Source: Terriglobia bacterium (lineage in GTDB: Bacteria; Acidobacteriota; Terriglobia; JAJPHL01; JAPKYU01). From it: a stretch of DNA of 64,000 nt. Shown piece by piece: positions 39,119-49,339 of this stretch. The translations under genes and the position numbers were made by a program. Under the pieces are notes generated by a model. That model was not told where the DNA came from. It searched no databases and was given only the letters and a program-made list of their open reading frames with translations. The stretch covers positions 352,001-416,000 of the forward strand of contig CBDCVK010000002.1 in assembly GCA_965223005.1 (NCBI GenBank). Reading direction: 5' to 3'. Every line of letters starts with the position of its first letter. Position 1 is the first letter of the stretch.

Positions 39119-39460
39119 ATGAAACCTGACAGGGCAGTGGCGGGAATTCTTTTGCTGACGAGCCTGGTGCTGTGCGGATGCTCGCAGAAGGTCAAGATCG
39201 AGGACATCCTGGCGGACCCGTCTCGCTGGGCCAAGAAAACGATTCGCATTGAGGGGACGGTCCAGAACAGTGTCGGAGCCATTGGCCGCGGCGCCTACGA
39301 GGTCTCCGATGATACGGGCACCATCTGGGTGATCAGCAGTAGCGGCGTCCCGTCGCGGGGCGCGCGGGTGGCCGTGGAAGGCAAGGTGTTCCAGGGGGCG
39401 CAATTTCTGGGACAGTCTTACGGAGTGGCCTTGCGTGAAAAACGACACCGCTCCTTTTAG
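39119..39460 (+). CDS. Small lipoprotein with probable OB fold
   Basis: Lipobox LCGC; KIEDIL..P....KTIRIEGTV, YEVSDDTGTIWV, RVAVEGKV. Confidence 0.75.
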   Translation: MKPDRAVAGILLLTSLVLCGCSQKVKIEDILADPSRWAKKTIRIEGTVQNSVGAIGRGAYEVSDDTGTIWVISSSGVPSRGARVAVEGKVFQGAQFLGQSYGVALREKRHRSF

Positions 39461-39505
39461 GAGCCAGGGCGCAATCGCAGCTGCTGGGGAAACGCTCAAC
39501 CAAGC

Positions 39506-41200
39506 ATGTACACCGTCATAGCGCGGAAGTACCGCCCGCAGACCTTCGCCGAAGTCGTCGATCAGGAGCACATCAAGCAGACTCTGCGCAACGCCATCGC
39601 GCAGAATCGCATTGCTCACGGCTATATCTTCTCCGGCCAGCGCGGGACCGGGAAGACAACGGTGGCGAGGCTGCTGGCCAAGGCGCTCAACTGCGCGAAG
39701 GGGCCGGCGCCGGAGCCGTGCGGGGAATGCCCCTCCTGCCTGGAAATCGCGGCTGGCAACTCGGTGGACGTCATCGAAATTGACGCCGCCTCCAATCGCG
39801 GGATTGATGAGATCCGGGCGCTGCGCGAGAACGTGCGCTACGCGCCGGCGCGGGACCGGTACAAGGTCTACATCGTGGACGAAGCGCACCAGATCACCCG
39901 CGACGCCTGGAACGCACTGCTGAAAACTTTGGAAGAGCCGCCAAGCAACGTCCTGTTCGTCTTCTGCACCACCGCGGCTCATGCCATTCCGCCGACGATC
40001 GTCTCCCGCTGCCAGTCGTTCCGCTTTCACAACCTGGGCTTCGCCGAGACAATGGCCGAGTTGCAGCGGATTTCCCGCAACGAAGGCATCCAAGCCAGCG
40101 AGGAGGTACTGGCCGTACTGACCAGTTCAGCCGAAGGTAGCCTGCGCGATGCGCTGTCCGCGCTGGACCAGGCCATTGCCTGCTGCGGCCGTGAGCTGGA
40201 CGGGAAGGCGGTGCGCGAGTTGCTGGGCGTCGTCGAGGCCGGGGTGCTGGACGAAGCAGTGGGCGCGGTCCGAGAGGCCTCCAGCGAGCGGATGCTGGAG
40301 CTGGCGGACCGCCTGGTCCGCCAGGGCCACGACCTGCGCAACTTTTGCCGCGCGCTGGTCCGCTATTTGCGGAACCTGCTGGTATTGAAAACCACGGGTG
40401 CCCGCAGCGGATTGGTGGAAGCGCCGCAGCAGGAATGTGAGCGGCTGGCCGGGTTGGCCGAAAACTTCACCGAAGAGGACTTGACACGGCTGCTGCAACT
40501 GAGCCTGGACCTGTATGCCGACGTACAGCGCTCCGCCACCCCGCGCTTCCACACCGAGTTGGGCCTGCTGAAGCTGGTGCACGCCCGCCGTCTGGTCCCA
40601 CTGGAAGAGCTGTTAACTCGGATGGAGGGTGAGCCGGGTCCGCCGCGAAGCGCTCCGCCGGGAGGTGCGCCCCCGAGCGGGCGGGGACGCGCCCCGTCGC
40701 CATTTGAAGCCGACCTGTCTCGCAAGCGCGCCAGCCCGGCCGAGTCCGACCCGCCGGCCACCGCGCCGGCACAAGTTTCCCCTGGCCCACTCGAGCCGAT
40801 TCCGAGCCGCCTGCTGGCGCGTCTGGAGCAGCTCTCCAAGAAGATGCTGGCGGTCAATCTGGAGCAGGCCAGCAGTTGGCGGGTCAGCGAGCAAGAGGTG
40901 CTGGCTTGCTTCCCTCGCGAAAACGGAGCCCGCCACGTCATCAGCCGGCAGGACGAGATGCTGGTGCGCCAACTCTGCAGCGAGCTGCTGGGCCGGCCGG
41001 TGACCTTTCGAGCGGCGCTGGAGGACGAGGTGCCGTCGCCCGCCCACAGTGGAACCGCCCGCGACGACGTCGAAAGCGAGAAACTCTCGGTCGCCTCCAT
41101 CCCCTCCGAGCGCATCCGAGAGGATCCCCAGGTGGCCGAGTTCATTCGCTTGTTCGCAGCCGATATCTTGCGAGTCGAAGAGTTCAAGACGCCAGAATAA
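39506..41200 (+). CDS. dnaX: DNA polymerase III subunit gamma/tau
   Basis: ARKYRPQTF, GQRGTGKTT, Zn motif, EIDAASN, DEAH, NALLKTLEEPP, SRC. Confidence 0.97.
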   Translation: MYTVIARKYRPQTFAEVVDQEHIKQTLRNAIAQNRIAHGYIFSGQRGTGKTTVARLLAKALNCAKGPAPEPCGECPSCLEIAAGNSVDVIEIDAASNRGIDEIRALRENVRYAPARDRYKVYIVDEAHQITRDAWNALLKTLEEPPSNVLFVFCTTAAHAIPPTIVSRCQSFRFHNLGFAETMAELQRISRNEGIQASEEVLAVLTSSAEGSLRDALSALDQAIACCGRELDGKAVRELLGVVEAGVLDEAVGAVREASSERMLELADRLVRQGHDLRNFCRALVRYLRNLLVLKTTGARSGLVEAPQQECERLAGLAENFTEEDLTRLLQLSLDLYADVQRSATPRFHTELGLLKLVHARRLVPLEELLTRMEGEPGPPRSAPPGGAPPSGRGRAPSPFEADLSRKRASPAESDPPATAPAQVSPGPLEPIPSRLLARLEQLSKKMLAVNLEQASSWRVSEQEVLACFPRENGARHVISRQDEMLVRQLCSELLGRPVTFRAALEDEVPSPAHSGTARDDVESEKLSVASIPSERIREDPQVAEFIRLFAADILRVEEFKTPE

Positions 41201-41209
41201 GGAGCCTCC

Positions 41210-41512
41210 ATGCCCAACCTGCAGCAGATGATGGGTCAGGTCCGCAAAATTCAGGAACAGATGCAAAAACAGCTCGAGGAGCTGCGGGTGGAGACAAGCT
41301 CCGGAGGCGGCATGGTGCAAGTGAAGATGAATGGCCACAAGCACCTGCTGGAGCTGAAAATTGATCCCGAAGCCGTGAAAGATGCCGATGTAGAGATGCT
41401 ACAGGACCTGATCCTGGCCGCCGTCAACGAGTGCACGCGCAAGGTGGACGCGGAACTGCAATCCAAGATGGGCGCGCTGACGGGCGGTCTGGGGCTTCCA
41501 GGGATGTTCTGA
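41210..41512 (+). CDS. ybaB: YbaB/EbfC nucleoid-associated protein
   Basis: [26 protein letters not shown]. Confidence 0.95.
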   Translation: MPNLQQMMGQVRKIQEQMQKQLEELRVETSSGGGMVQVKMNGHKHLLELKIDPEAVKDADVEMLQDLILAAVNECTRKVDAELQSKMGALTGGLGLPGMF

Positions 41513-42114
41513 TGCCCGACTACGCTGAACCCATCGTTCGGCTGATCCAGCAGCTGAAGCGCCTGCCCGGGGTCGGACAGAAGTCGGCCGAGCGCATGGC
41601 CTTCCACCTTTTGCATTCCTGGTCCAAGGGAGAGGCGCAGGTGCTGGCCGACGCCCTGCTGGACGTCAAGGAGAAGGTGGGGTATTGCTCAATCTGTAAC
41701 AACATTACCGATGTGGACCCGTGTAGCTATTGCTCCAACCCGAGCCGCGACCGCCGCCTGATGTGCGTGGTCCAGCAGCCCAGCAACATTGTGGCCGTGG
41801 AGAAGACCCGAGAGTACAACGGCTACTACCACGTATTGTTGGGAGCGCTTTCGCCGCTATCCGGCGTAGGCCCGGATCAGTTACGGATAAAGGGTTTGAT
41901 AGAGAGGCTAAAAGCGGGTAAGATTCATGAGGTCATCGTCGCGACCAACCCCAACGTCGAGGGCGAAGCAACTGCGGTGTATCTTTCCAAGCTGTTGAAG
42001 CCCCTGGGGGTGAAGGTCACCCGGATTGCCATGGGCGTTCCGGTGGGCAGCGACCTTGAGTACGCCGACGAAGTCACCATGTCGAAGGCGCTCGAGGGGC
42101 GGCGGGAACTGTAA
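41512..42114 (+). CDS. recR: Recombination mediator RecR
   Basis: [39 protein letters not shown]; ATG overlaps ybaB stop. Confidence 0.97.
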   Translation: MPDYAEPIVRLIQQLKRLPGVGQKSAERMAFHLLHSWSKGEAQVLADALLDVKEKVGYCSICNNITDVDPCSYCSNPSRDRRLMCVVQQPSNIVAVEKTREYNGYYHVLLGALSPLSGVGPDQLRIKGLIERLKAGKIHEVIVATNPNVEGEATAVYLSKLLKPLGVKVTRIAMGVPVGSDLEYADEVTMSKALEGRREL

Positions 42115-42141
42115 CCCGAGCCAGGGCTCCAAAGGGGGTGT

Positions 42142-44141
42142 ATGTCTCGCGAAGTTACCATTGGGATCGGGGGGCGGCCGGAGACGGGCTGGACAAGTCA
42201 GGCGATTCTCTGGCCAAGACCGCTTCGCGCCTGGGTCTGAACCTCTACGCATACAACTCCTACCAGTCCGTTATCCGCGGGGGTCACATCTGGCTGCGGG
42301 TGCGGATGGGGGAGCAGAAACTGAATTCGCACGGCGACCACTTGAACGCCCTGATTGCTCTGAACCAGGACACTATCGAGCGCCACGCCCCCGAAGTGAA
42401 CCCCGGCGGCGCCGTGCTGTTCAACTCCGACAAGCTGCACTGTGATTCGCAGCTGCTTGCCGACCAAGTGCTGCCGGTGCCCATCCCGATTGGGGAGCTC
42501 ACCCGCCCCCTGGGCAAGCTGCAGCCGGTGATGCAGAACACGGTGGCGCTGGGCGCGTTGCTTTTCCTGGTTGGGTTGGAGTTCGAGCTTCTGGCGGGAG
42601 TGCTCGACGATACCTTCCAGCACAAGGGTGCTGCGGTGGTCGAGCTGAACGTAAAGCTGGCGCGCGTCGGCTACGACTATGGGCGTGAACGGTTTGTGCC
42701 GCTGGGCTACACCTGGAACTTCAGCCGCCTGCGGCGGCCCTTCATCACCGGCAACGAGGCGCTGGCTCTGGGCGCGGCCACCGCTGGCTGCAAGTTTTAT
42801 TCGGCCTACCCGATGACGCCGGCTTCCTCCATCCTGCACTGGATGGCGGCGCACGCCGACCGCTGCGGGATATTGGTCAAGCAGTGCGAGGATGAGCTGG
42901 CCGTGGTGAATATGGCGGTGGGGGCCGGCTACGCCGGTGTCCGGGCCATGTGCGCCACCTCCGGCGGCGGCTTCGCGTTGATGACCGAGGGCATCGGGAT
43001 GGCGGGCATGATCGAGGCGCCGGTGGTGATCGTCGAGGTGCAGCGGGGCGGCCCCTCAACCGGGATTCCTACCAAGACTGAGCAGGCGGACCTGAACCAG
43101 GTGTTCGGCGCTTCCCAGGGCGATTACCCGCGGGTCATCATCGCCCCCACAAACACCACCGACTGCTTCCATACAGCAGTGGAGGCATTCAACCTGGCCG
43201 AGAAGTACCAGCTGCCCGTAACTATCATCACCGACCTGCTTCTCAGCGAGCACCCAGAGACCATCGAGCCGGAAGCGCTGCGGCCCGACGTGCCCATTGA
43301 ACGTGGAGCGCTGGTGACGGACTGGCCGGCTGAAAACGGCAAGTACAAGCGCTTCGCCTTAAACGTGCCCGAGGGGATCGCACCCCGCGCGTTGCCGGGA
43401 ACCGAGAACACCGTGCACGTGGCGGGTACCGACGACCATGACGAGGAAGGGATTCTGATCAGCGACGAGTTCACCAACGCCCCGTTGCGCCGCAAGGTGA
43501 TGGAGCGTCGGATGAAAAAGATGGAGGCGGTGGCTAGGGACCTGCCCGTGCCGAAACTGGAAGGTCCCGCCGATGCCGACGTCATGCTGATCACCTGGGG
43601 TTCGAGCGAGGGTGTGGTCCGGGATGCGATTCCGTTGTTGGCCGAAGCAGGCATTCGCGCCAGCCACCTGTCGATCAAGTATATCCACCCGTTCCACAGC
43701 CGGGAGGTGCTGGAGACTCTCCAGCCGGCGCGGTGTGCCATCGTGGTAGAGGCAAGCTTCACCGGTCAGTTCGCCCGGCACTTGCGCGCCGAGACCGGTT
43801 ACGGCGTGCGCGACGTTATCCGTAGGTACGACGGCGAGCCTTTCGAACCGCTGTTCGTTGTTCGCGAGGTCCAGCGCATCCTGGCCGGTAAGCCGCTGGA
43901 CCTGAGTGTCAGCGAGGAAGATGCGCGAGAGATCGCCTATCACTACATCCGCGTCCACCTCAGCGCCGGCGTGCGCCCGGGCAGCATCCTGCGCGAGGCG
44001 GCAAACGGACGCCAGGAGCCGGTCTGGCGTGTGGAGCTGGTGAGCCGCAGCGAGGGCCACCGGCGCGGTGAGCTGGAAATTGGCGTGGAAAGCGGGGCCA
44101 CGTATTCCTATCAGGCCGTCTCGGCGGCGGCCGCCGACTAA
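42142..44141 (+). CDS. korA: 2-oxoacid:acceptor oxidoreductase alpha (gamma-alpha fused); N-terminal frameshift in G6 run (42169-42174)
   Basis: Restoring one G gives MSREVTIGIGGAAGDG; SAYPMTPAS, EDELA, ATSGGGF, QRGGPSTGIPTKTEQAD. Confidence 0.9.
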
Positions 44142-44162
44142 TCTTGGAGGCGAAGTAAAAGC

Positions 44163-45044
44163 ATGGCCACAGTTCTGGAACTGCCCATTCAAACCTATGC
44201 TGGTCCGGTGGAGCCGGACTGGTGTCCCGGTTGCGGCGACTTCGCTGTTCTGAAGGCGGTCAAGATGGGTGCCGCCAAAGCCGGAGTGCAGCCCAAAGAC
44301 CTGCTGGTGGTCTCCGGAATTGGCTGCTCCTCCAACCTGCCAGGATACATCCACGCCTACGGAGTGCACAGCCTGCACGGGCGGGCAGTGGCAGTAGCCA
44401 GCGGCGCCAAGTTTGCCAACACCGACTTGAAGGTGGTGATCACCGGTGGCGACGGGGATGGCTACGGCATCGGCATTGGCCATTTCATCCACGCCATGCG
44501 GCGGAACCTGGACGTGACCTACGTGGTGATGAACAACCAGATCTACGGGCTCACCACCGGCCAGGCCTCGCCCACTACCATTAAGGAAATGCGCACCAAG
44601 TCCACGCCACGGGGCAACGCCGAGTTGCCCATCAACCCCATCGCGCTGGCGCTGGTCTCCGGCGCGACCTACATTTCCCGAGCCTTCTCGGGCGACCCGG
44701 GCCACATGGCCGATCTGATCGCCGCGGGCATCCAACACCGCGGTTTCGCCCTGGTGGACACCTTCAGTCCCTGCGTCACCTACAATAAGGTCAATACCTA
44801 CCCCTACTTCAAGCAGCGCTGCTACAAGCTGGAAAAAGAACAAGGGTACGATCCCTCCAACGTCCCCGCCGCGCTGGAAAAATCCTTTGAGTGGGGCGAC
44901 CGCATTCCCATCGGCCTTTTCTATAAAGACGAGCAGTCCACTTACGAAGACTCCGAGCCCGTCCTCCACCAGGGGCCGCTGGCAAAGCAGCCGTTGGGGA
45001 TGGGGAAGGAAGTCTTCGACAGCCTGGTCCAGGAACTAGTGTAG
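44163..45044 (+). CDS. korB: 2-oxoacid:ferredoxin oxidoreductase beta subunit
   Basis: WCPGCGDF, SGIGCSS, LHGR, TPP motif GDGD...NNQIYGLT, SPCVTYN. Confidence 0.93.
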   Translation: MATVLELPIQTYAGPVEPDWCPGCGDFAVLKAVKMGAAKAGVQPKDLLVVSGIGCSSNLPGYIHAYGVHSLHGRAVAVASGAKFANTDLKVVITGGDGDGYGIGIGHFIHAMRRNLDVTYVVMNNQIYGLTTGQASPTTIKEMRTKSTPRGNAELPINPIALALVSGATYISRAFSGDPGHMADLIAAGIQHRGFALVDTFSPCVTYNKVNTYPYFKQRCYKLEKEQGYDPSNVPAALEKSFEWGDRIPIGLFYKDEQSTYEDSEPVLHQGPLAKQPLGMGKEVFDSLVQELV

Positions 45045-45070
45045 TCAAGCGAGGGAGTCTCCTCTCGCCG

Positions 45071-45445
45071 ATGCGCAACACCTTTCTGATCCCTGAGCAG
45101 GTCGTGGAAGCCAAAGGGGAAGGGCAGCCACTGGAGCTGGGCGCCACCGCCGGGCGGAGTTTTCTGCTCACCTTGAGCATCACCCGCGTCATCGAGCAGG
45201 AATCACTGGACGTTTCCGTTTGGGGCTCGGAGGATGGCATCACTTGGGAGGCCAAGCCGCTGGCCGCATTCCCGCAAAAGTTCTATGCCGGCACTCACCA
45301 GTTGATTCTGGATTTAAGCGAGCAGGCGGCGATCAAATTCCTGCGGGGCAAGTGGACCGCCAGCCGCTGGGGCAAGGGCCATCTGACGCCGCGCTTTACC
45401 TTCTCCGTTGCCATTCAGCCATTGTCGGGCGAGGCGGCCGCCTAA
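45071..45445 (+). CDS. Hypothetical beta-rich protein
   Basis: 124-aa ORF directly after korB; LTLSITRVIEQESLDVSVWGSEDG, FPQKFYAG. Confidence 0.7.
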   Translation: MRNTFLIPEQVVEAKGEGQPLELGATAGRSFLLTLSITRVIEQESLDVSVWGSEDGITWEAKPLAAFPQKFYAGTHQLILDLSEQAAIKFLRGKWTASRWGKGHLTPRFTFSVAIQPLSGEAAA

Positions 45446-45461
45446 AACCGTAGCGGCTGCC

Positions 45462-46670
45462 TCAGGCCGCCAGCCTCCCACTCTCCCACTTGTCCACCAC
45501 GGTGCAGGCCAGGCAGTTCCCGGTGATGTTGACGCCGGTGCGCACCATGTCGGGAATCTGGTCAATGGCCAGCAGCACGGGGATACCTTCCAGCGGGATG
45601 CCTAGCGGCGTGATCGTCGCGGCCAGCACCAGTAGCGAGCCGCGCGGAACTGTGGGGATTCCCTTGGCCGTCACGTTGAGCAGAAACAGGAGCATCAGAA
45701 GCTTTCCCCAGCCCAACTCCACACCATACGCTTGCCCCAGGAAGACGGCCGAAAAAGCCAGGTAGAGATGGGAGCCGGCCAGGTTGAAGCTGTAACCGGT
45801 GGGCAAGACGAAAGCTGCCACCTCGCGCCGCACGCCCAATTTCTGCAGCACCTCGAGCGCCTTGGGCAGGGCGGCGGTGCTCGAGGTAGTGGAAAAGGCG
45901 ATCAGTGCCGGAGCTCGCACGGCCCGGAGAAACGTGGCGAAAGGAACGTCGGCCAGCCGCGCCAGTGCGAAGAAAACGGGCAACAGCAGCAGGAGTTGCG
46001 CGGCTAGGACTCCGGCGACGAAGACCGCGAAGGGGCGCAGCACTCCTACGCCCAGCGTGCCCACTATGGCGGCCATCGCGCCGAAGACTCCCACGGGTGC
46101 GAAGTACATAACGTAGTGGGTGAAGCGAAACATCACCTCCGCCAGGCCTTCCAGAAAGGTGGTCACCGGCCTGCCTCGCTCGCCCACGGCGAGCAGCGAT
46201 ATCCCGAACAGCAGGGAGAACACCACGATTTGCAGGATGTCGCCGCGCGCCATCGCGTCGACGATGCTCGTGGGCACCAGGCGTAGCGGGAAGGGCAGTT
46301 GCGCGTCGGGAGCCTTCAGGAATTCCGCCGGTGCGGCGACGCCAGCACCCGCGAGATTGGCTCCTGCGCCCGGCCGCAGCAGTGTCGCCATCCCGATGCC
46401 CACCAGGATGGAGAGCGTGGTGGCCAGCAGGAAATACGCTAGGGTCTTGAGTCCCAGGCGGCCGACGCGGCCGAAATCGCCCGAGCGTGCCAGGGCCACA
46501 ACCAACGTCGAGAACACCAGGGGCGCCACGATCATCAGCACCAGGCGAATGAACAGGTCACCCAGCGGCTTGCAGGCTCGCGCCGGGCCTGGAGCCAGCC
46601 AGCCGAACAGCACAGCCAGAGCCAGAGCCGCCAGAATCTGAGCGGTCAATCCCGGCCGGGGCAACTTCAC
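45462..46670 (-). CDS. Dicarboxylate/amino acid:cation symporter (DAACS, GltP/DctA-like)
   Basis: FSTTSSTAALP, LPTGYSFNLAG, DMVRTGVNITGN; multiple TM segments. Confidence 0.92.
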   Translation of the reverse strand: MKLPRPGLTAQILAALALAVLFGWLAPGPARACKPLGDLFIRLVLMIVAPLVFSTLVVALARSGDFGRVGRLGLKTLAYFLLATTLSILVGIGMATLLRPGAGANLAGAGVAAPAEFLKAPDAQLPFPLRLVPTSIVDAMARGDILQIVVFSLLFGISLLAVGERGRPVTTFLEGLAEVMFRFTHYVMYFAPVGVFGAMAAIVGTLGVGVLRPFAVFVAGVLAAQLLLLLPVFFALARLADVPFATFLRAVRAPALIAFSTTSSTAALPKALEVLQKLGVRREVAAFVLPTGYSFNLAGSHLYLAFSAVFLGQAYGVELGWGKLLMLLFLLNVTAKGIPTVPRGSLLVLAATITPLGIPLEGIPVLLAIDQIPDMVRTGVNITGNCLACTVVDKWESGRLAA

Positions 46671-46686
46671 GGTTGCTGCCTACTCA

Positions 46687-46760
46687 TTTGGGATTTCCGA
46701 TTTCGGATTAGAAATTTGTGATTATTTGTGCGGATTCCGGATTTCGGAATCCCCAATTGG
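46687..46760. repeat. 7-nt-periodic low-complexity repeat
   Basis: ggatttc cgatttc ggattag ... cggattc cggattt cggaatc. Confidence 0.7.
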
Positions 46761-46761
46761 C

Positions 46762-47634
46762 TCATCGCTGTCCCCACTTCAGCTTATTGCGCAGCACATC
46801 AAAGTAGCTCTTGCCCGGCGGACGCACCAGGCGGAGTACCTGTGGAGAGAGGCAGCAGAGCACACGATCCCCGTGATGAATGTCCAATCCCACCTGCCCG
46901 TCGACGGTGAGAAACACTGGTTCGTACTCGGCCTTCACCACAACTTCGATCGTCGAAGTTCTTGGGACCACCAAAGGCCGGTTGGTGAGCGTATGAGAGG
47001 CGATGGGAGTGATGAGGACGGCGTCCACCCCCGGCAAGATAATGGGCCCGCCGGCCGACAGCGAATAGGCGGTGGAGCCGGTGGCGCTGGAGATAATTAA
47101 GCCGTCCGCCTTGTAGGTGCAAACGAATTCTCCGTCCACAAACGCGTCAAAGTCCAGGATGCGTGCCAGCGAGGCCTTGTTCAGCACCGCATCGTTTAAT
47201 GCATGGTACACACCAACGACTTCGCCAGTGCCCGCGCCGTCGCCGCGGCGCACCTCCACCAGCAGTTTGCGGCGCAGATCCACTTCGTAGTGTCCGGCCA
47301 GCACGTGCTCCAGGTCGGGGTGCATCTCAGGCAAAGTGACCGAGGTCAAGAAGCCCATGCCGCCCAAGTTGACGGCCAGCACTGGCAGGTCGCGCTCCTG
47401 GACGGCGCGGGCGGCGGCCAGCAGAGTGCCATCGCCGCCTAGCACCACCAGCAGGTCCACCCGGCGGGTCAGTTCCTCCCGCTCCAGCCCGCCCGCGGGG
47501 TTGCCCATCGCCGCCGCGGTCTCGCGGTCCACCAGCACCGACACCTTTCGTTCCGCCAGCCAGCGGGTCAGGGCCGGAACAATCTGGCGAACTTCTGGTT
47601 TTTTCGGTTTGGATATAAGTCCGACGGTCTTCAT
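46762..47634 (-). CDS. nadK: NAD kinase
   Basis: GGDGTLL, ALND, DGLIISSATGSTAYSLSAGGP, DGQ. Confidence 0.95.
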   Translation of the reverse strand: MKTVGLISKPKKPEVRQIVPALTRWLAERKVSVLVDRETAAAMGNPAGGLEREELTRRVDLLVVLGGDGTLLAAARAVQERDLPVLAVNLGGMGFLTSVTLPEMHPDLEHVLAGHYEVDLRRKLLVEVRRGDGAGTGEVVGVYHALNDAVLNKASLARILDFDAFVDGEFVCTYKADGLIISSATGSTAYSLSAGGPIILPGVDAVLITPIASHTLTNRPLVVPRTSTIEVVVKAEYEPVFLTVDGQVGLDIHHGDRVLCCLSPQVLRLVRPPGKSYFDVLRNKLKWGQR

Positions 47635-47640
47635 GTTATT

Positions 47641-47713
47641 AAATGATTGAAGATTGGCACATTGGCGATTGAATAACTTGGAACAATCATCAATAAAACA
47701 TGATCATTCTTCA
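47641..47713. repeat. AT-rich palindromic element with 8-nt periodicity
   Basis: atgattga agattggc acattggc gattgaa ... caatcat caataaaa. Confidence 0.6.
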
Positions 47714-48454
47714 CTATTCCAGTTTCCGACAACGAAAAAGAAGCAGAAATTCCTGGTTTCCTTCGCTGCCTGGGATGGGGCTTGGCATCTGCCCCGCCAC
47801 CACCATGCCTGCGGATTTGGCCGCGGCGCTGGCTTTGTCTACCGAAGCCGAGTGCAGCTGGGGATCGCGCACGATTCCGCCTTTGCCCACCTGTCCACGT
47901 CCAACCTCAAATTGTGGTTTCACCAGCACCACCGCCTGGCCATCCTCTTTGAGCAGGGCCGGCAGCCGGGGCAGGATGAGCGTAGCAGAAATGAACGAGA
48001 CGTCCACCGAGATGAGATCCACCGGCTCGCCGATATCTTCGGGCGCCAGGCGGCGGGCGTTGAATTTCTCGCGGACGCGGACGCGCGGGTCGTTGCGCAA
48101 CCGCCAGTCCAATTGGCCAACCCCGACGTCCAGCGCGTAGACGCGGCTGGCGCCGTGCTGGAGCAGGCAGTCAGTAAATCCGCCGGTCGAGGCGCCCACA
48201 TCCAGGCAGACCTTACCCGCTACGTCGATGGCGAAGGAGTCCAGCGCCGCCTCCAGCTTCAGCCCGCCGCGGCCGACGTAACGAATCCCGCCTCCCAGCA
48301 AACGCAACGGTGCGTCGGCCCTCACCAACGTGCCCGGCTTTTCGACTTTCTGCTCTTCGACCAAAACCTCTCCCGCAAGGATCATTGCCTGCGCCTTCTG
48401 GCGGGTTTCCGCCAGGCCGCGTTCCACTAGCAGCTTGTCCAGCCGTACTTTCAA
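47714..48454 (-). CDS. tlyA: TlyA family rRNA 2'-O-methyltransferase
   Basis: RLDKLLVERG (S4), GRGGLKL, DVGASTGGFTDCLLQ, DVSFIS, KPQFE, GNQEF. Confidence 0.95.
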   Translation of the reverse strand: MKVRLDKLLVERGLAETRQKAQAMILAGEVLVEEQKVEKPGTLVRADAPLRLLGGGIRYVGRGGLKLEAALDSFAIDVAGKVCLDVGASTGGFTDCLLQHGASRVYALDVGVGQLDWRLRNDPRVRVREKFNARRLAPEDIGEPVDLISVDVSFISATLILPRLPALLKEDGQAVVLVKPQFEVGRGQVGKGGIVRDPQLHSASVDKASAAAKSAGMVVAGQMPSPIPGSEGNQEFLLLFRCRKLE

Positions 48455-48653
48455 ACTCAGCTTCTTACCGAAAGAACACTACGCCTCAGCACGCGAAGGA
48501 AGCTTATCAAGTGTCGGTTGGGGATGCCACCCCTGGCCGGGGAGTTGCAAGATATCTGGCTGGCTTGTGAGCGGGCGGAGATCAGCCGGAGTCGGTAGTA
48601 GGAAAACGTTGAGAAGTACGAGGCCGAAGTGCTCGTGCTGCAAGTTGTGCAGC

Positions 48654-49321
48654 TCACCACACGCCCGGCACCAAACGATAGCGCACTTTCTGTGCGTACT
48701 CAGCGTAGCCTTCCAGTTCCTCCCTAAGTAGTTTATCCTCCAGCCAGGTCCGGCGAACAATCAACGGCACGGCTGGCAGCATAGGCAGGGCCGCCCACCA
48801 GGAACCCAGAGCCATCGGGCTGGCAAAAAACCAGAGAATCGTGCCTGTATAGCCGGGGTGCCGCACCGTCCGATATGGGCCAGCGGTAATGACTCGATGG
48901 CCTCGCTCCCGCTGGATGCGGACTGCGGTGGAAAAAAGGGATTCACCGACATCGCCCACATGGAACCGCCCAGCGACGCAGCAACCGCAGCGAGAGCGAC
49001 TACCTGAACCGCGAAGGGAACGTGAGGTTGCCAGTGGAACCGGCCCACGTCGAGCCCGGCAACCACCAGATGAGCGAGCATCAGCAGGGCACCAACTGGG
49101 CGTGTGACTGAATCCTTACCTCCCGGACCAGGGCGAAGACGCTCCTGTACCATGCCAGGACTGGTTTTCAAGAAGTAGATTCCGCTACCGAGGAGCATGA
49201 ACTGAAATAAGAGAATGTAAGCCCAGAAAAAGGGTAGATCCCATCGGCCGGCTGCCCCGAAAAGCGCTCCACCAAACAGAGTGCTCATTAGCAGCACCAA
49301 TAGAATCAATTTCATATGCAT
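48654..49321 (-). CDS. Isoprenylcysteine carboxylmethyltransferase/PEMT-family membrane protein; frameshift in A6 run (48932-48937)
   Basis: Adding one T gives AMSVNPFFSTAVRIQRERGHRVITAGPYRTVRHPGY...EDKLL...YRLVPGVW. Confidence 0.85.
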
Positions 49322-49339
49322 GACGGCTGACGTGTTTGT

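Noticed and set aside
40600-41200. Programmed frameshift or slippage site in dnaX
   Set aside because: No A-AAA-AAG or long A run seen; only a Pro/Ala-rich linker.
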